Source: Rhina ancylostomus (lineage: Eukaryota). From it: a stretch of 64,000 bases of DNA. The position numbers were made by a program, and so were the translations under genes. Location of the stretch: assembly GCA_030265395.1 (NCBI GenBank), contig JARFYF010000017.1, forward strand, positions 40,674,661 through 40,738,660. Direction: 5' to 3'. Below, piece by piece: positions 50,231 through 63,157 of the stretch. Positions within the stretch are counted from its first letter, which is position 1. Each line of letters starts with the position of its first letter. The notes below the pieces were generated by a model. It saw only the letters and a program-made list of their open reading frames with translations. It made no database searches and was not told the origin of the DNA.

Positions 50231-51149
50231 CAGGATATTGAACTGTTTTCAATCACATACTGATGTCAAAAAAACTGATGTTTTATTCGGTACCTTTCCA
50301 GACTGAAGTTTCCTCATCCACACACAGACTGACCTGGCCACTCTCTCTGGTCTCCCTTATTGTTGCACATTTGTACATCAAGATACATTGTGGTGGAAAC
50401 TGTCAACCATTCCCATTACTGCTCGGATGTGTCTCTCTGAATGCTAATCTTTTACTACTATTTCTTGTCATTTCTTGGATAACCTTGCCAACATTGCCAC
50501 AAAATGAGTTGCAACTGGTTTTAAATGGAGATGAAATACAGCAGTACTTAACAATAGTGGGTGTGTGAATGCTTGCCAAATATCGACAGGACTCATTTTC
50601 TAAATTGTTCTCTTCGATTGAAAGCACCGTGAGTTTTCAGAAAGGCACCAAGAAACATGAGAGCATGAACTATATCCCTAAAACACATCTCTGGGATCAA
50701 TATTTCCAAATCAGCCCACTAATGGAGTATTTTTATTTATGTTTGGTCCACGGCACAATGTACATAAGTTGTTTGTTAAATATATCATCTATATTTAGCT
50801 TCAAGGCTTTTGATTTTGTAATCACAACAGTAAATGACTGGTAAAATTAGCTTCCATTAATTGGTTAAAGGCCATATTTGAGCATTACAGGTGTGATCTT
50901 AAGGGATTAGGATAATAGAAGCATCTGCAGCCTTCCCAATAAGCTCAAATAAACAATTCTCTGCCCTCAGAGTCCATTGCCACTGCTGCGAGAAGTGTCC
51001 ATCTTGATCTTCAGACAGATATTTATCTTTATACTTCTTACAATGGTAGCTCCCTTGTAACTCTCCCTTTCCTCTCTCCTCTAAAGGCCAGAACAGTTCT
51101 TTTCATTCTTTCCAAACTACAGCCCTGTCACCTCTCTCTTGGCTCCCTT

Positions 51150-51420
51150 GTGCTATAAGAACTACAGACAGGCGTGGGTTGTCAGATCTCTCGAGTCCAC
51201 TCTGCCACTGAATAATGTTGTGGCTGATTGTTTACCTCAAGTTCCGCTTCTTGTCCAATCACCACGCCCCCTTGATTCCAGTACAGTCAAAATAATCTAT
51301 TGACCCCGTTGTTGAATACATTCAGTGACTGAGCAGCCAGAGAATACAGAATTCCAGAGAATCACAACCCCTCCTTGTAAAGAACTGTTTCTACCTCCCC
51401 GTCCTAACTGGTCTGCCAGA
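51150..51420 (-). mobile_element. Old CR1 3' fragment
   Basis: ATAAGAACT..CTCTGCCACTGAATAA..TGGCTGAT..GAATTCCAGAGAATCACAACCC, reverse CR1 tail pattern. Confidence 0.55.
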
Positions 51421-51656
51421 CACGATGTTCCAAGGGGGTCTCTCCCAGATATCTTAATAGGTTGTCCTGAAATCACTGTAGTTATTGGCTTGGCTCAGCT
51501 GATNNNNNNNNNNGAGTCAATGGACAGTGACTTCAAACCACACTCCAACAGTGAGCACATAATCTCATCTCACAATGTAGTTCTGAGGGAGCACAGCATT
51601 TTGGAGGTCTTTTCAATAATCCATTGAACCAAGGCTCTAATGACCAGCCTTTGGAA

Positions 51657-52005
51657 AGGCAGTACAATAATGCAGCAGTTAGTGCTGTTGCTGCACGGAT
51701 CCAGCGGACCAGGATCAAATTCAATCTTGGGTGCTGCCTGTGTAGAGGTTCCACGTTCTCCCTGTGACTGCATGGGTTTCCGTGGGTTCTCTGGTTTCCT
51801 CTAAGGCCTCAAAAGTGCTGGTATGTTAATCGGGCACTGGAAATTGCCCATAGTGTAGATAGTGGCAGGAGAATTGGGGGAGTTGATGTGCTGTGAGAGG
51901 GAATAGGTTACAGGGAAATAAGTAGGGGAATGGGGCTGATGGAATGCTCAAGAGTTTGCATAGGCTTGATGGGCTGAAAGGCCTCCTTCTATCTCACAAG
52001 AAATA
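51657..52005 (+). mobile_element. V-SINE with CR1-type tail, nested in a Deu-type SINE (~51480-51656 and ~52030-52145)
   Basis: V-domain CACGTTCTCCCTGTGACTGCATGGGTTTCC; tail GATGGGCTGAAAGGCCTCCTTCT; flanks carry GTTCTGAGGGAGCAC and CAGATTATCTG Deu-type pieces. Confidence 0.7.
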
Positions 52006-52989
52006 TGAGAATATGGAAAATGTTCTGACCATCACCCTATAAGCAGATTATCTGTTCACAAATGGCTTACTGCTTATAACCCCAAAGGGAGTACCTACAT
52101 GTACGGGCTGTAAAGTGTGCCATGATGCTCCATGGATTTAATATGAAACTAAAAAGATGTGTTTTTTTTCTCCGCAAATAATTCATTAGAAGATGAGGAT
52201 GTGAGAGAGAAGCAAGTCGAAGGAGGGCCCTGTAAAATAGAGAAGTTGTGAGTGGATACAGAAGCAGAAAAAAGTAAATTCAAGCCTGTAAANNNNNNNN
52301 NNNNNNTCTGAGAGAAGAGGAAAATATGGCAGGTACAAGGGAACACAAAGTAAAAAACTCCCTTTCCTCTAAGCAAAACCATATCTTTCATTAGACAAAG
52401 CAATGACAAAGAAGCAAACCATTGGGAATATCAACTGGCGATACAGGCTGATTGTTTCATTAATTAATTGTTTAACAATTCACTTGTACTCTTTGGTTGA
52501 GTTGATCCGCTGCTGGAATACAAGTCACTGTTCAATGTAAGTACTTCGGCTTCTTTGTGATTCAAACACACAGTGAAATACATAACCTGGTAAATCTTCA
52601 CTGAAGGAAATCCATCCCTTTCATCTGAAGAGATGACTATATTTGAGAATGAACTTTATTGGACTAATTTGGGGTCTGATTTCTGAGTTAGTTGTTTAAT
52701 AATGTATAAGGACACATTAAATAACAGAAGTCTGTACTTTTTAAATAAGTCATTTTCTTATATGCCATCTCATGATTTGAAGTTATAAATTATTATGACT
52801 ATTAACATTTCATCAATAACTAAACTAATTCAGCTCAGCCATCTTAATTTCTTCACGGTCATTATCCCATTTCTGATGCCCAACGCCAGAGTAATACTAT
52901 TCTCTGCCAGATCACCATTCTGTCCTCCGTCCTGCCTGAGCACCCCCATGCTCCATCATCATCCCACCCCTTCCCTGTTCAACAAAGTA

Positions 52990-54230
52990 CAAAGGAACAT
53001 AAGACCATAGCAACAGTGGCAAGCTGCCTCTCCAAACTGCTCCTTAATTTAATAAAATCATGACTGATCTGATCTAGGCCTCGGCACCACTTTTCTGTCT
53101 GCTTCTCATAATTCTTGATACCACATTGGTCCAAAAATCTATCTCAGCCTTGAATATGTTTGCTGAGTCAGCCACCACACTTGCCTTGGGTAGAGAATTC
53201 CAATGATTTTCTGAGGGAAGACATTCTCCCTCCTCTCAGTTCAAAATGAACGCCTCCTTCCACTGAATTAAGGCCCCCTAGTTCTAGATTCTGTGACAAG
53301 GGGAAACCTCCCTTTTAGCATTTGCACCCATTATATCTTACATGTTTCACTAAGTTCACCCCTCATTTTTCTAAATTCCATAGGCCCAACCTGCTCAATT
53401 ATCCCTCATAAACCAATACCTTCATCCCAGTAATAGGCCCAGTGAACATTGTCTGAACTGCCTCTAGTGCAAGTATATATTTTCTAAAAAAAGCAAACCA
53501 ACACAAGATGCAGTATTCCAGGTGTGATCTAGCCAACACCCTGAACAGTTGTAACAAGGCTTCCCTATTTGTCCTCCATCTCCCTTCAAACAAAGGACAA
53601 AATTCCATCTCCCTTTCTAATTATCTGCCGTTGCCTGAATGTTAACTTTCTGTCATTCATGAATGAAAACAACCAAATCCCTCTGTACAGTAGCATTCTG
53701 TAAGCCATCTCCAGTTGAACAACATTCTGNNNNNNNNNNNNNNNNNNNNNNGTCCTCACATTTCCCCACATAATACTCCACCTGCTGATGCTTTGCCCAT
53801 TTAAAATGATTTTAACCAATCCATATCCTTTTGTAGTCTTTTTGTGTCCTCCTCACGGTGTGCTTTGTGTTATCAACAGATTTGGCTACGATGCATTCAG
53901 CCGCTGAATCTAAGCTGGGATGGTTTCAGACTCTTCTGCGTTGAAAACAGATACAAATATTTGTTCAAGGTCTCTGTCATTTCATTATTTTCCATTATCC
54001 CTTCCCCAGACCGATTTACAAAGAGACCAAAATGTACCCAACAGACCTTCTTCCTTTTTACCTATGTNNNNNNNNNNGGAAATTTTTCTGTGTGTTTTTA
54101 TACTTTTTAAGCTTATTTTCATGATCTCCATTCTCTGGCTTTATGATTTTCTTTTATCCATCTTTTGCTGGTCTTTAAACTTTACTCAATTGGATGGCCG
54201 ACGAGTAACCTTCACCCCAATATAAGAAAC
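52990..54230 (-). mobile_element. Decayed CR1 LINE (3' end and ORF2 remnants)
   Basis: REALLQLFRVLARSHLEYCILCW.....ILALEAVQ.MFT..I.GMK.L.YE motif. Confidence 0.85.
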
Positions 54231-54279
54231 TTATTTCAGATCTAGGTTTCTCACTCTCACCAACTGAATGTAAAATTCT

Positions 54280-54455
54280 GAGATACAAGAGATTCTGCAG
54301 ATGCTGGAATCTGAAGCAACGCACACAGAAGGCAGGAGGAACTCAGCGGGTCAGGCAGCTTCTATGGAGGGAAATAAACAGTCAACATTTTGGGTCGAGA
54401 CCCTGCATCAGGATTGGAAAGGAAGAGGACAAAAGACAGAGGACAATGTGGGGGG
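54280..54455 (-). mobile_element. Penelope-type arm with hammerhead-like motif (54379-54416)
   Basis: Reverse strand reads CAATC-CTGATGC-A-GGGTC-TC-GACCC-AAAA-TGT-T-GACTG. Confidence 0.7.
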
Positions 54456-55309
54456 TCAGCATGGACTCTGACCGTACAATTCTATGATTGACAAAATCAG
54501 TCTAACTCATTCAGTTTTTTGATTTAAAAAATAACAGCCCTCTGTAATTTACTAACAATTACCTTGTTAACACACAAATTCCTAACCACTTGAAACCTAC
54601 GGCAGTCTATCCAAAGATACTATCAGCAGCCCACATTCCTTGTTGGACACATCATCACAGTGTGGAGTTTCCAGGCAGGTTCAAGCCTGGTGAAATCTCA
54701 CTCCAATACCTACGTTCAAGCATGACGCCATTGGCCGTTTGCCCAATTTCAATGCACAAACCCTTCTGCTTCAAGTTCCACTCTGGGGACTCGAGCACGT
54801 TACTCAGGTTGCCTTCTTCAGTGCAATGCTGAGGAGGGGATTCCCTTCTCTCTATTGTGCCCAGCAATCCCCATGAGGCCCCGCCACTGGAGCCTGCCTG
54901 AGCACATCACTGCTGTCCAACACGGTAGGATTTGAGGCCAGAGTCAAACATGCGAGTGAAAGGCAGCAGTCTGCTCTGAGATCGCTCCAGTCCTTCCGCA
55001 GGCCAATGGAGATGGCTTGCAGGGCTCAAATATGATTGGCAGATGTGTCCAATGTGTATGAAGAAGCAATTGTCCCGAACTTGACTCGGGACATGCTGTT
55101 TAACATTTTGAACACTTTGATTAAAGCACCTTCCGATCATATACAGTACACGTCTACACTCAAAGGAATCCTGTAGGTGAGCCTTGATGGGGGTGAAGGG
55201 AAGGTGGAGGGGGGGGTAATGTTTGATAAACAAATGGACATCATAGTTGATCCTCACTATTGTCGTGAACACATCCCCCTTCGCAACCTCCCACAACCAA
55301 CCCCCGCCC

Positions 55310-55341
<32 letters not shown>

Positions 55342-55345
55342 CACG
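55310..55345. repeat. (CA)n microsatellite
   Basis: CA run with CG interruptions. Confidence 0.9.
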
Positions 55346-56329
55346 CCTCCAGAAGAGACTGAGTACAAATCAGGAGAAGAAAGTTTGTTTGGTTATAACT
55401 CTGCCTCACTGAGGCCACTCATTCCAATCCTGGCTGCCAGTCATGACAAGAGCAGCTAACTTAGCACAGACCACAGGAAGAATGTGGGCCTTAATGATTC
55501 AGTCCCACACTGTCCTCACCCCCAAACCTCATTGGGATGTGCAGGCAGAGTGTCTATACTTTTCCCAAATTAACATTCACATGAACAGTTTAGTCCCAGG
55601 AGTGACTGTGCGATGGGATGGAAAAAATGTGCCCACCCACAGTGTCATTGGATGCATTTAGTCACGGTAACTTTTAATCTTGGCCAGGACATTCAATGTT
55701 TGGAAAATATGTTTAAGGAATTTCAATTGTCCATTACCTTACCTGGAACACAAAAATCAAATGTGTGCAAAACGAGGTGGTCACTGGGTGAGGACTAATT
55801 CCTGCAGGAGTTTCCAATGAGGTGAGGTTTGCACCATTATCTTTCATGAGTCAATGATACTGGCTGAGATTATGACACACCTCGATGCAATAGGATGCAC
55901 ACCCATATATGTCTCAAGGCAAACATTGGAGGGGAAGTGTCTGAAGAATCTTGTTTCAACAACGCTCCTCCTGTGTGTAATTCCTGAAGTGTTTCTCTTC
56001 TAAAGGGAGTGCCCACCAAGGGTCCCACAGGAATAAAGCCAACACTCAAAACGGTAATGTTGTCAATTATTGCTGAGCAAACCAAAAATCTCCTTGCCTC
56101 ACAGAAACTTTCCTCTGGGTCCCTCCTTGCTGGGTGCCCTTCCCCAACATTCCCAGTAAAGCTGCTGGGGGAAATGACTCTTCACTTGTAGTCTGTCAAA
56201 ACCAGCGGCCCTTCGACAGCGGGTGGCAAACCCCTTTCTGAAGGGTCGCAGGCTCATGTTGTGGGTCCCATTCACCTTGCTGGTCTGATCCCCTGATCTT
56301 TTACTTCACCCCCCAACCTTCATGCACTA

Positions 56330-57016
56330 AGTCATTTTGCCATGATTCCCTTCGTACCTAAAAATCTATTGCTCCAGGGCTTTGATGTATGCAGTGACTG
56401 AGCCTCCACAGGGTGGAGAATTCCAAAGGCTCAGCCAGCCCTTTCTGGGTGAAGAGATGTCTTCTCACATCTGTCCTGAATGGTCGACCCCTTATTCGGA
56501 CTCTGTAAGCCCTCGTTCCAGAAGCACCCACCCTGTTCAGCGCTGTGAGAATGTCGTATCTATTGATAAGATCGCCTCGCGTTCCTCTAAACTCAAGTCA
56601 GTACAGGCCTACTGTGTTTAATCTCTTCTCATGCAACAGCTGCCCATCCCAGGCATCATTCCAGTGAACGTTCAATGCACTTCCTCTATCGCCAGTAAAT
56701 CCCTCCTTGGAAAGCAAGACCAGTCTAGTAAACAAAATTCCAAATGCCACACCACCAAGATGTCTTTTCTCTACCACTCAGATCCTCGTGCTGTAAAGGC
56801 CAACATTTCCTTATTGCCTGCTCAGCCTGTAGATTAACTTCCAGTCATTTCTGTACAATAGCCCCCAGGTCACCACCTTTCAGTCTTTCAATATTTAACA
56901 AAAATGCTCTACCTTTCTCTTTCTTCTCCCAGTAAGGATGACCTCACATTATATTCTATCTTGCACATTAACTTCACCTGTCTACATCTCCCTGAAGCCT
57001 CTCTGCATCCACCTCA
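56330..57016 (-). mobile_element. Old CR1 LINE fragment
   Basis: GGGTGGAGAATTCCAAAGGCTCA..CTTTCTGGGTGAAGA..GCTGTAAAGGCCAACAT, reverse CR1 ORF2 pattern. Confidence 0.7.
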
Positions 57017-57152
57017 CAGCCTGCATCTATGCTGGTTCCAAAGAGCAATCCCATCAGTCCATTCTCCCACATTCTCTTTAACTTCAGCCTGCATCTATGC
57101 TGGTTCCAAAGAGCAATCCCATCAGTCCATTCTCCCACATTCTCTTTAACTT
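57017..57152. repeat. Perfect 68-bp tandem duplication
   Basis: CAGCCTGCATCTATGCTGG...CTCTTTAACTT starts at 57017 and again at 57085. Confidence 0.95.
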
Positions 57153-57159
57153 GTTATCT

Positions 57160-57405
57160 CCCATATGCCCATTAACTCACCCCTGATTCTTCCAACAGCC
57201 TCCTACTTGAGGGGTAATGTCACGTAGACAATTAACCTACCAACTGGTATGTTTTTGGGATGTGGGAGGAAACAAGAGCACTCAGGGAAACCAGTAAGGT
57301 CAAAAGAAGAACACACAATCTCTACACAGACAACACCTGAGGTCAGGATCGAACCTGGATCACTGGAGTTGTAAATCAGCAGCAGTACTGGCATGCCACT
57401 GTGTC
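57160..57405 (-). mobile_element. V-SINE
   Basis: Reverse strand CCAGGTTCGATCCTGACC B box and TTTCCTCCCACATCCCAAAA V-domain. Confidence 0.75.
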
Positions 57406-58049
57406 TCCCATCATAACCTAAGAGCACAAGGTCTTGGTGGAGATTGTGTAACTTCTCACCAATTTTCTGGAGATGTTTTAAGAGCTAAATATCTTCACTA
57501 TTTCCCCTTCCAATCTCCGACCTGCTGGGAGGCCTCAGTGAACAACTCTTGCAGCTTGTGTTGTGATACTTAATCTTTACAAACTGCCTTTCCAGTTATT
57601 ACTTACATATTAGATTGATTAAGGCTCATCTGTGTCCTGACTCTCCTGTGCATCAACGTTTCTGGACATTATAATGCAGAATATTCATATCTTACAGCTT
57701 GGAAAAAATGCTGCAATTTAATGTTTTGTGATGATATTCAATCAGTCTTCAACAACCTGTTTCTTCAATGCCTTCTTACAATGCAAATTTAACTTCGTGC
57801 TTCCATATTTGAAGTTTGTTGATAAGGAGAAATGAAACAGTGCCCTATTCCATTGCTTTTCATAAATTGTTCAAACTGAAACAATCCAGATAGTGGGTCA
57901 TTATTTAATATGACTTAGCCTAGGAGATAATGTGCAGCAATAATGAATTTAATTCCTCTATTGTGCATTCTGTGGCCATGTTTGGCTGTGCAGGTTTTAC
58001 TCCTCGTCCTTTAGAATCAGTATTGACTAATACCAAGAAGTAGCCCACA

Positions 58050-60740
58050 TGTTTTTCACAATAATCTATATGGACCTACTGAAATGGTCTCACAGTCAAC
58101 TTCCACACCTGGAGTAATGCTTTAGAAGCTTGCAAGCTGTAATCCTGACTTGCTGTACATTGACTGGCTAGGTCTTCCATACCTTTAACCCTACCAGGTC
58201 ATGAGACAAATCCCCTCAGCATAGCCTTCATTTTTACTATAACCAAGTGTTTGGCGATGAAACAACTTCATGTCTTCATTCAGACCTGTGTCTGAATCGG
58301 TCCATCCACATACCGTGTGTTCATACACATTGCCTCCAAATCAGTTATTTTTGGCTCCAGCTACTTCCAGGGCTGTGACAGAGATATCACCATCTACTGC
58401 CTGGTGAGGGTAATTTTTTCTTTCTGTAATAGTTGTGCCTTCTTCATAAAGTAATCTAGATAAGGTATCTGCTGTAGTGTTTTGTTTTGGATGCTCTGTA
58501 CTCTATGTTACAACTTCACTGAGACAGAAGGATGGCCTGTCTCTGAGTTCTTGATGCTGCCTTTGTGGGAACATCAGTCTTCTGACCCAGAACAGTCAAC
58601 AGAGACATGGTCAATCATGAGTATGGATGGTCCTCCCAGCAAGAACTAGTGAAATGTGTAACTCCAAATATAATCGCTTGAACCTCCTTCACTATCTTTT
58701 GCTCAGTGTGCGTGACACGGGTACAATGGGCTTCCCATGGCCACTGCCCATGCCATGGCTGGTCCCTGTCACATTTCCATGGTTGGAAGGATCTCAAGCA
58801 GGTTTTTGTGCATGGTTGTTGTTGTAATGCATTGGAAGTGACTTACTGCTAAGGCTCTCCTTGTACAGGTCTTCAACCATCGTGTCCTTTAACAGTTGAT
58901 GAAGTGAAGTCAACACTCTGGCAAGAAGGGGTTGAAATCTGGAGCAGTCTCGGATTATCCCGAGAAATAAGTGGAGCTCAGGAACATTTACAGGTATCCT
59001 CTCCCTAATGATTGCTCGAGATTTGGTTTTAATTGGCTGAACCCCAGTCACCCACTCACAGACCAAAATAAACCAATTCCTTCTGCACCGAGGCACATTT
59101 TCGTTCATTAATCTTGACATCAGGTTGATGAAGTCTTCGGAACATTTCCTCCAGTATCTGAAGGCTTTCCACCTCCACGGCTGTTGCAATTTGGATGTTG
59201 TCCTGATTACATAAGCAACCCCTTGTCCATGGCCAAAAATCAAAGAAAGCAGCAAATGTAGGAAATGTGAAGTAAAAACAGAAAATGGTGTAAATACTCA
59301 GCAGGTCAGGCAGCAACATTTCCAGTTCTGATGAAGGGCTCTTGACCTAAAACATTGTATTCGTTTCTGTTTCCACAGATGCTGCCTGACCTGATGAGTG
59401 TTTCCAGCATTTTCTGTTTTTATTTCACTCATCTATAGTCACCTGCGGTACATTTGGTGTTGATTTTACCTCACAAGGTAGCTTGATATATGTGTACAAC
59501 TATTTTTAGGTGTTAATTGTCAAATAGTATTGACTTTTTTCATTTACATTAAGCTGGACATAGGCATGAGACAGGTCTAATTTAGTGAAGACACTTGCTC
59601 CTGCCAATCACACATATTAAATTGTGAGCAGAGAACATTGCTGATCAACTGTTGGTCTTCATAATCTCTGCAGTCCAGGCAAACTTACCCAGCATGTTTC
59701 CCGCCATGATAGGTGTTATACAATCACCCAGCAACACTTTCACTGATGCCCTGTGCAGCTGCAGTTTGTTTAGCTCTTCTTCTCCTTCGGATTTTAGTGC
59801 AAAAGGGGTCCTGTCGTGTAGTGGTTAAATTATTGAACTAGGTTATATGCCCTCTTTTCTGACAGATAAAACATTTTGCTGTTTTGACATGGATGTGATA
59901 GTTGGTTCCATTTCATTGTGAGCAGCGCTTTGTATCAATCTCACTCATACCTTCTGGTTCAGCTCTGGAATTCCCACCTTCATTACTACTTTATGACAGT
60001 CAACTGCAGTCACATTGTACCTTGTACTGGAGGAAAATCTTAAGCATTCCTCAATGCCACTTCCTTCATTGTGGGACTTTTACACACAAGGTCAAATAAG
60101 AGGTTTTGTTGTTTAACAACTTTGATTGGATTGACCCATTGATTAAACTTCAAACACGGTACACAGTCTAAGAAGCTGCCAGTGTTGAGGCAAGTCCTTC
60201 CAGGAGGCAATAGGGTTGCTGAGAGTCTTGTCTGACTCCTGATTTCTCGATCTGTATCTGTTCTGTGCCTTATTACTCTATTACCCTATGAGATCTGTTT
60301 TAGTAGCTCTCCACAAATTTGATGGTGTAGAATTGAAATGATTCTGTAATTTTTATACTATACAAAAAGTAACATCGGTGGTGTTAGAAGACTTGCTCGT
60401 GTAATCTATGTTTCTGAGCCCATTTAGTTAACAGAATAGCTTTCTTGTGCTCCAGAGTTGCAGGAGAATGCTCCCCATTACCGTCAATTTCCACAGGAAT
60501 ACTTGCTCTTGAAAAAATTCCCATAAAGTCTACGTATGAATTGCAAGGTTTGTGCACCCAATCATATAAAACAAGGCTGAAGTCTGAGCAGCTATTTTGT
60601 TGTCNNNNNNNNNNTCTTCTTCTCCTGATGCCATTCACGATAAGACAAGATCCTGCCAAATCTGATAATGTCACACTGGAATGTGCGAAGCTTCCCATCA
60701 CTTTACTGATCATTGAGTTTATTGGCTGCAGCATTTGAAA
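58050..60740 (-). mobile_element. Decayed Ty3/Gypsy LTR retrotransposon internal region (gag-RT-RNaseH-integrase)
   Basis: Minus-strand remnants in Gypsy order: gag-like KKAILLT (~60440), RT FTKLDLSHAY..LTINT (~59590-59510), LEEMFRRL..KC, PVNVPELHLFLG, RNaseH KEVQAIIFGVTHFH..DH, integrase zinc-finger region MKAMLRGFV..PG (~58230). Many stops and frameshifts; LTRs not identified. Confidence 0.85.
59241..59427. mobile_element. Fold-back Penelope-type element inserted in the Gypsy RT
   Basis: ~50-bp inverted arms (GTGAAGTAAAAACAGAAAATG..CTCAGCAGGTCAGGCAGCA / TGCTGCCTGACCTGATGAG..CATTTTCTGTTTTTATTTCAC) enclose CAGTT-CTGATGA-AGGG..GACCT-AAAACATT. Confidence 0.8.
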
Positions 60741-62799
60741 TATTCCATTAGCCACAATGTCTTTCTGAATGTGACTCTGGCACTGTTGGACCCATTGGGA
60801 GCTCTCTTATCCCAGTGCCCTCCCACAAACACACACCTGAAGTTACTCCACCGTATCCCTGCATCTCCACAAGATTTGCACCAGCTCTTTCTCAAAGCAC
60901 TGGCCCAGGAGCTTCCCAAGCTGCATTGTGTTCCCTCCTTGTGGAGCATTCTGCATGGGATCCTCTCCAACGTCAGGTCTCCACTCAGGGTTAGTCACCA
61001 CCATGCCTCAAACTGCTGCTGCGGTCACCAGAAATGTTGACTTGTCAAGGGCTAAACAGCCCATTCTTCATCTTCATGTAACATCTACTCTTTACATTCT
61101 CATCACCGATTTCTGATACACGTGCTGGTCATGATTCTAAGTGCAAGTGGCACTCGGGAGTATAATGAATGAGTGGGAGATGTGGAGAGCTGCTAAACCA
61201 TGTGATTCAGCCGTCTCCAACCATGGTGAGCAAACGCCACAGGCTCGTTCAACACCAGCAGTACTGCTCTTAAGCTCATTGCAATAGCAGCCACTGGAGG
61301 CGGGGGCAACATTTCTGCCCTTGCCACCATCACACAGTGCAATAAACGACAGGTGGTGGCTTTTACTAACTGACGTGGACAGCCCCAGCACTAAAATGAA
61401 ATATGTAAAGGTGAAAATTGAAATTCCACATTACCTGGGGACTGGAGGATGAATAACATGCAGTTCTCCAGTGAATGATCTGCCCACAAGCACCTGATGG
61501 GGTGTCAGGGCCATTCTCAACTTACAACCTCCATGCCTTTTCATGTCCCCACCAGGAGGTGACAACAAACATTAGTGACCCACTCTGTACAGAAGGAAGT
61601 ACATAGAAACAACAAATAGCAAACTCATCTTTGTATCTCTTACGCTAAGTAGTTCATGGGTTGTAGTAAATGTGGGCACTGGTGGGAGCTCACAGAACCT
61701 CATAGCCACTGAAAAAGTAAGCTGATGCTAATAGGAATTGAAGACTCTGGGTAACATGCACAGAAGAGGAAAAGAAGCCTGGGACAGATAAGCCAAAATC
61801 ATATCGAATGGCGAGGAAGGCTTGAGGAGCTGAGTTCCATGTTGCCTGTGTGAACGTGGGCTAATGAACTATCAAGGTGGCAGCACCTGATACAGGAGGT
61901 TGCGGCTGGCTGGTCAGTAGCCTGAATGTGTACGGGGCATCTGCCTCCCCCATCTCCCACATCTACTAATGCATGACTAAGAACCACCTGCACATGTGCT
62001 CTAATTCTTTCCGAGACAAATGTCCACATTGCTGGGTGGACTTGTGTGATTCATAGAACCAAGTAATGTGCAATCGATGTTCCAGCATTGGAAGGAACGT
62101 GCGAGAAATGAGATCTCCAGCAGCTGAGTTAGTGCTGAAGTAAATCTGAATTGTTAACAGTAATGATAGGTTTGTGTCTGACCAATATCTTTAACCAGTG
62201 ATTGCTACTAGAACTGATACCCAATCACTGGCCCTTGGTGGTCAAATCCAATTACTGCTTACCTAATATCAAAAACATTGGCATCGTACATCAGGGCTCT
62301 GCTTCTACTGAGGTGTAGAAACATCACCTTCTGATGTTTTGCCTATTTTATCTGGGAAGAATTTCAGGTCATTTATACAGTAACTTCTACAACTTATGCT
62401 GGAATACCTCACTGCACCATGAAGAAGGACTAGCATTCTTTCACAGGATTAAGAATACGACACTGCTGATGAGCTCTCAGAGAGATGGGGCCCTTTAATG
62501 ATTTACTACATCGTCACCTTCGTCAAGTACAGGTATGGAGAGCTGCATCCCCAACCAAAGGATAATAACAAGTTTTGCCCTCTCTCATAATGGCACGACA
62601 TGGAAACCCTATTGCAGCAAGCAGGATTAACATGTGTGCTGCTATGTCTGTCTACTCACATATAGTATTTAATAAAGGGAGATTTGTACCATTTATAAAT
62701 AGTGATACGAGTGTATTAATGAAAGCCTGCTACAAAAAGGTTAAAAATAGTGGAACAGTTCCCTGCTAAATATTTGATACTGTTTGCATTCTTTAAGTT

Positions 62800-63157
62800 A
62801 GGGTGTACAAAATTATGAGGGGTGCACATAGGGTAGGTAGGAAATTTTCCCCCAAAGCAGAGGGATCTAAAACCACAGGGTGTAGGTTTAGGGTGAGTAC
62901 TGAGTGGTTTAGAGGAGAGCTAAGAAATATTTTTTGTTTCACCCAGCAAATCTGAATGCACTACTTGAAGCGGGTGGTGGAGGCAGGTACCCTTACAACA
63001 CTTAAAAGGTACCTAGACTAGTACTTGAATCAATAATGCATAGAAGGCTATGGACCAAGTGCAGGTAAATATGATTGAAGCAGATAGGTACTTGATGGTC
63101 AGCATGGACTTGGTGGACCAAAGGGCCGGTTTCTGTGCTGTATGACTTCATGACTCT
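62800..63157 (+). mobile_element. CR1 LINE 3' end
   Basis: GTGTACAAAATTATGAGGGG (VYKIMRG) and tail GGACCAAAGGGCCGGTTTCTGTGCTGTATGACTTCATGACTCT. Confidence 0.85.

Noticed and set aside
54907-55368. 153-aa minus-strand ORF
   Set aside because: Starts in a microsatellite and has no recognisable domain; another frame shows a CR1-like GALIKVFKML remnant.
61799-62029. ORF containing VDVGDG, reminiscent of the SorCS PKD motif VDFGDG
   Set aside because: Flanking residues do not match and no suitable splice sites were seen.
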